A stretch of DNA of 64,000 nt, taken from the NCBI GenBank assembly GCA_002104905.1, contig MCFE01000143.1:62001-126000 (forward strand). Reading direction: 5' to 3'. The notes under the pieces were generated by a model. The model worked only from the letters and a program-made list of their open reading frames with translations, searched no databases and was not told the origin of the DNA. This document shows, one piece after another, positions 63,105 to 64,000 of the stretch. How positions within the stretch are numbered: the first letter of the stretch is position 1; each line of letters begins with the position of its first letter. This DNA is from Basidiobolus meristosporus CBS 931.73 (Eukaryota > Fungi > Basidiobolomycota). The position numbers were made by a program, and so were the translations under genes.

Positions 63105-63401
63105 CTAGTGATCGTGATGGCGGTCATTCCGGTGCTCGTCGTGGTCTCCATCCCAGTGACCGTCATGATCCCCATCCCAATGATCATCGTGATCCCAGCC
63201 ATCATGGTCACAGAATGGCCCGGTGTGATCCTCCTCACGACAGACTGTCTCCTTGCCACACTTCGTCTCCACCCAGTCGTCGTTGACACAGCGGATAATG
63301 GTGCGGTCATCCTCGGACGAGCACCGGCTTTCATTGTGGGTGCATCCGATCACCACCTGGCTGAGAAAGGCCAAAGCAATCAGTGCAACGTAGACTCTCA
63401 T
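63105..63401 (-). CDS. Secreted CBM19-like protein 7 with His/Asp/Trp repeat tail (98 aa)
   Basis: Same architecture; start placed at MRVYVAL by homology. Confidence 0.9.
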   Translation of the reverse strand: MRVYVALIALAFLSQVVIGCTHNESRCSSEDDRTIIRCVNDDWVETKCGKETVCREEDHTGPFCDHDGWDHDDHWDGDHDGHWDGDHDEHRNDRHHDH

Positions 63402-64000
63402 GGTTTGGCTGTTGTATTTGAAGTATGGAGAGTAAGGCACTGATGGGTATCATTCAACGGCATCCTTGACTGATTTATATTCACCAGCTCACGCGATATG
63501 GGCTTCCGTTAAATTGTAGTGCCAATAGAACTCACTGAATACAAATGAATCGCATCGATCATCCTTACCCTGCTTTAGTAGCCTAGATTCCCTAATTCTA
63601 TTCACCGGTTACTACTGCTACTACTACTACTACTACACACACATGCAAGCGGCTCGAATGGATGACGGAGAATATCCGTTTATCGGCACCAGTGCATGCA
63701 GCAACCTCATACTGCATTTGTGTGGCGTTTTGAAGGATGGTGTCAAGTAGCATCAGCAAATGATCCTGAATAACCCCACTCTACTTTCTATTGAACTATC
63801 GTTGATTGCAAATAACTACAAAAGGCTGTGACCATCAAGTATAAATCGTATTGGCATTTGTCCGGATTCGAATACGTGATCTTATATGGCTATCAAGAAT
63901 AGCACAAGACAGGCAAAGGCAAGGTATTGAGAGACGAGAGCTCTCGTGTAATATTGCTTTATTAATAAGCGCAACCAGTGGTAGCCTATCTATAAATAAA

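Larger units (their letters stand above)
59780..64000 (-). repeat. ~1-kb tandem gene-unit array (at least four units; a fifth begins at the window end)
   Basis: Stop codons at 60100, 61086, 62099 and 63105. 63814-63965 closely matches 59856-60005, the 3' flank of gene 4. Confidence 0.9.

Noticed and set aside
60100-63200. His/Trp repeat tails as fungal RiPP (dikaritin/KEP-type) precursor cores
   Set aside because: No KR/RR Kex2 sites separate the repeats, a folded Cys domain precedes them, and no DUF3328, tyrosinase or peptidase genes are in the window. It cannot be fully excluded because the cluster runs off the window.
59048-63440. N-terminal extensions in the ORF track (59048, 60435, 63440 starts)
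   Set aside because: The upstream in-frame ATG is absent in genes 5 and 6, and homology places the signal peptide at MRV/MRI.
57501-63443. Antisense ORFs overlapping every small secreted gene (e.g. MTMVAVIPVLVVVSIPVTVMIPIP...)
   Set aside because: These are in-register shadows of D/H/W/C-rich codons that rarely create antisense stops. The sense frame has the signal peptide, the conserved Cys pattern and the upstream TATA-like box.

Overview
Eukaryotic DNA, most likely fungal; the intron style and CBM19-like genes suggest an early-diverging fungus, which is inference. It has two sharply different compartments. (1) 1 to ~55,250 is a CpG-depleted graveyard of nested transposons. It holds about seven pieces of one Ty1/copia family (family A, ~350-bp LTR TGTTGTAA...TTACAACA, half-tRNA-iMet PBS), a second copia family (E), two Ty3/gypsy families (B, D), three further solo LTRs, several decayed CACTA/En-Spm (tnp2) DNA transposons with a divergent second ORF, and a probable Harbinger-type relic. 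Many insertions still show target-site duplications, so the nesting order can be reconstructed. (2) ~55,300 to 64,000 is CpG-normal gene space. It holds an 8-exon alpha/beta-hydrolase (monoglyceride lipase/lysophospholipase-like) and then a tandem cluster of at least seven intact genes plus one pseudogene for ~90-106-aa secreted proteins. These proteins have a signal peptide, a six-cysteine CBM19-like (chitin-binding-type) module and an acidic tail. In the four ~1-kb tandem copies the tail is a His/Asp/Trp octapeptide repeat (DHDxHWDG) and the predicted mature N-terminus becomes Cys-Thr-His. This array, which appears to continue past the window end, is the best candidate for an undescribed system: a possible chitin-anchored metal-binding protein family. 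No database searches were run; all family calls come from recognised motifs.
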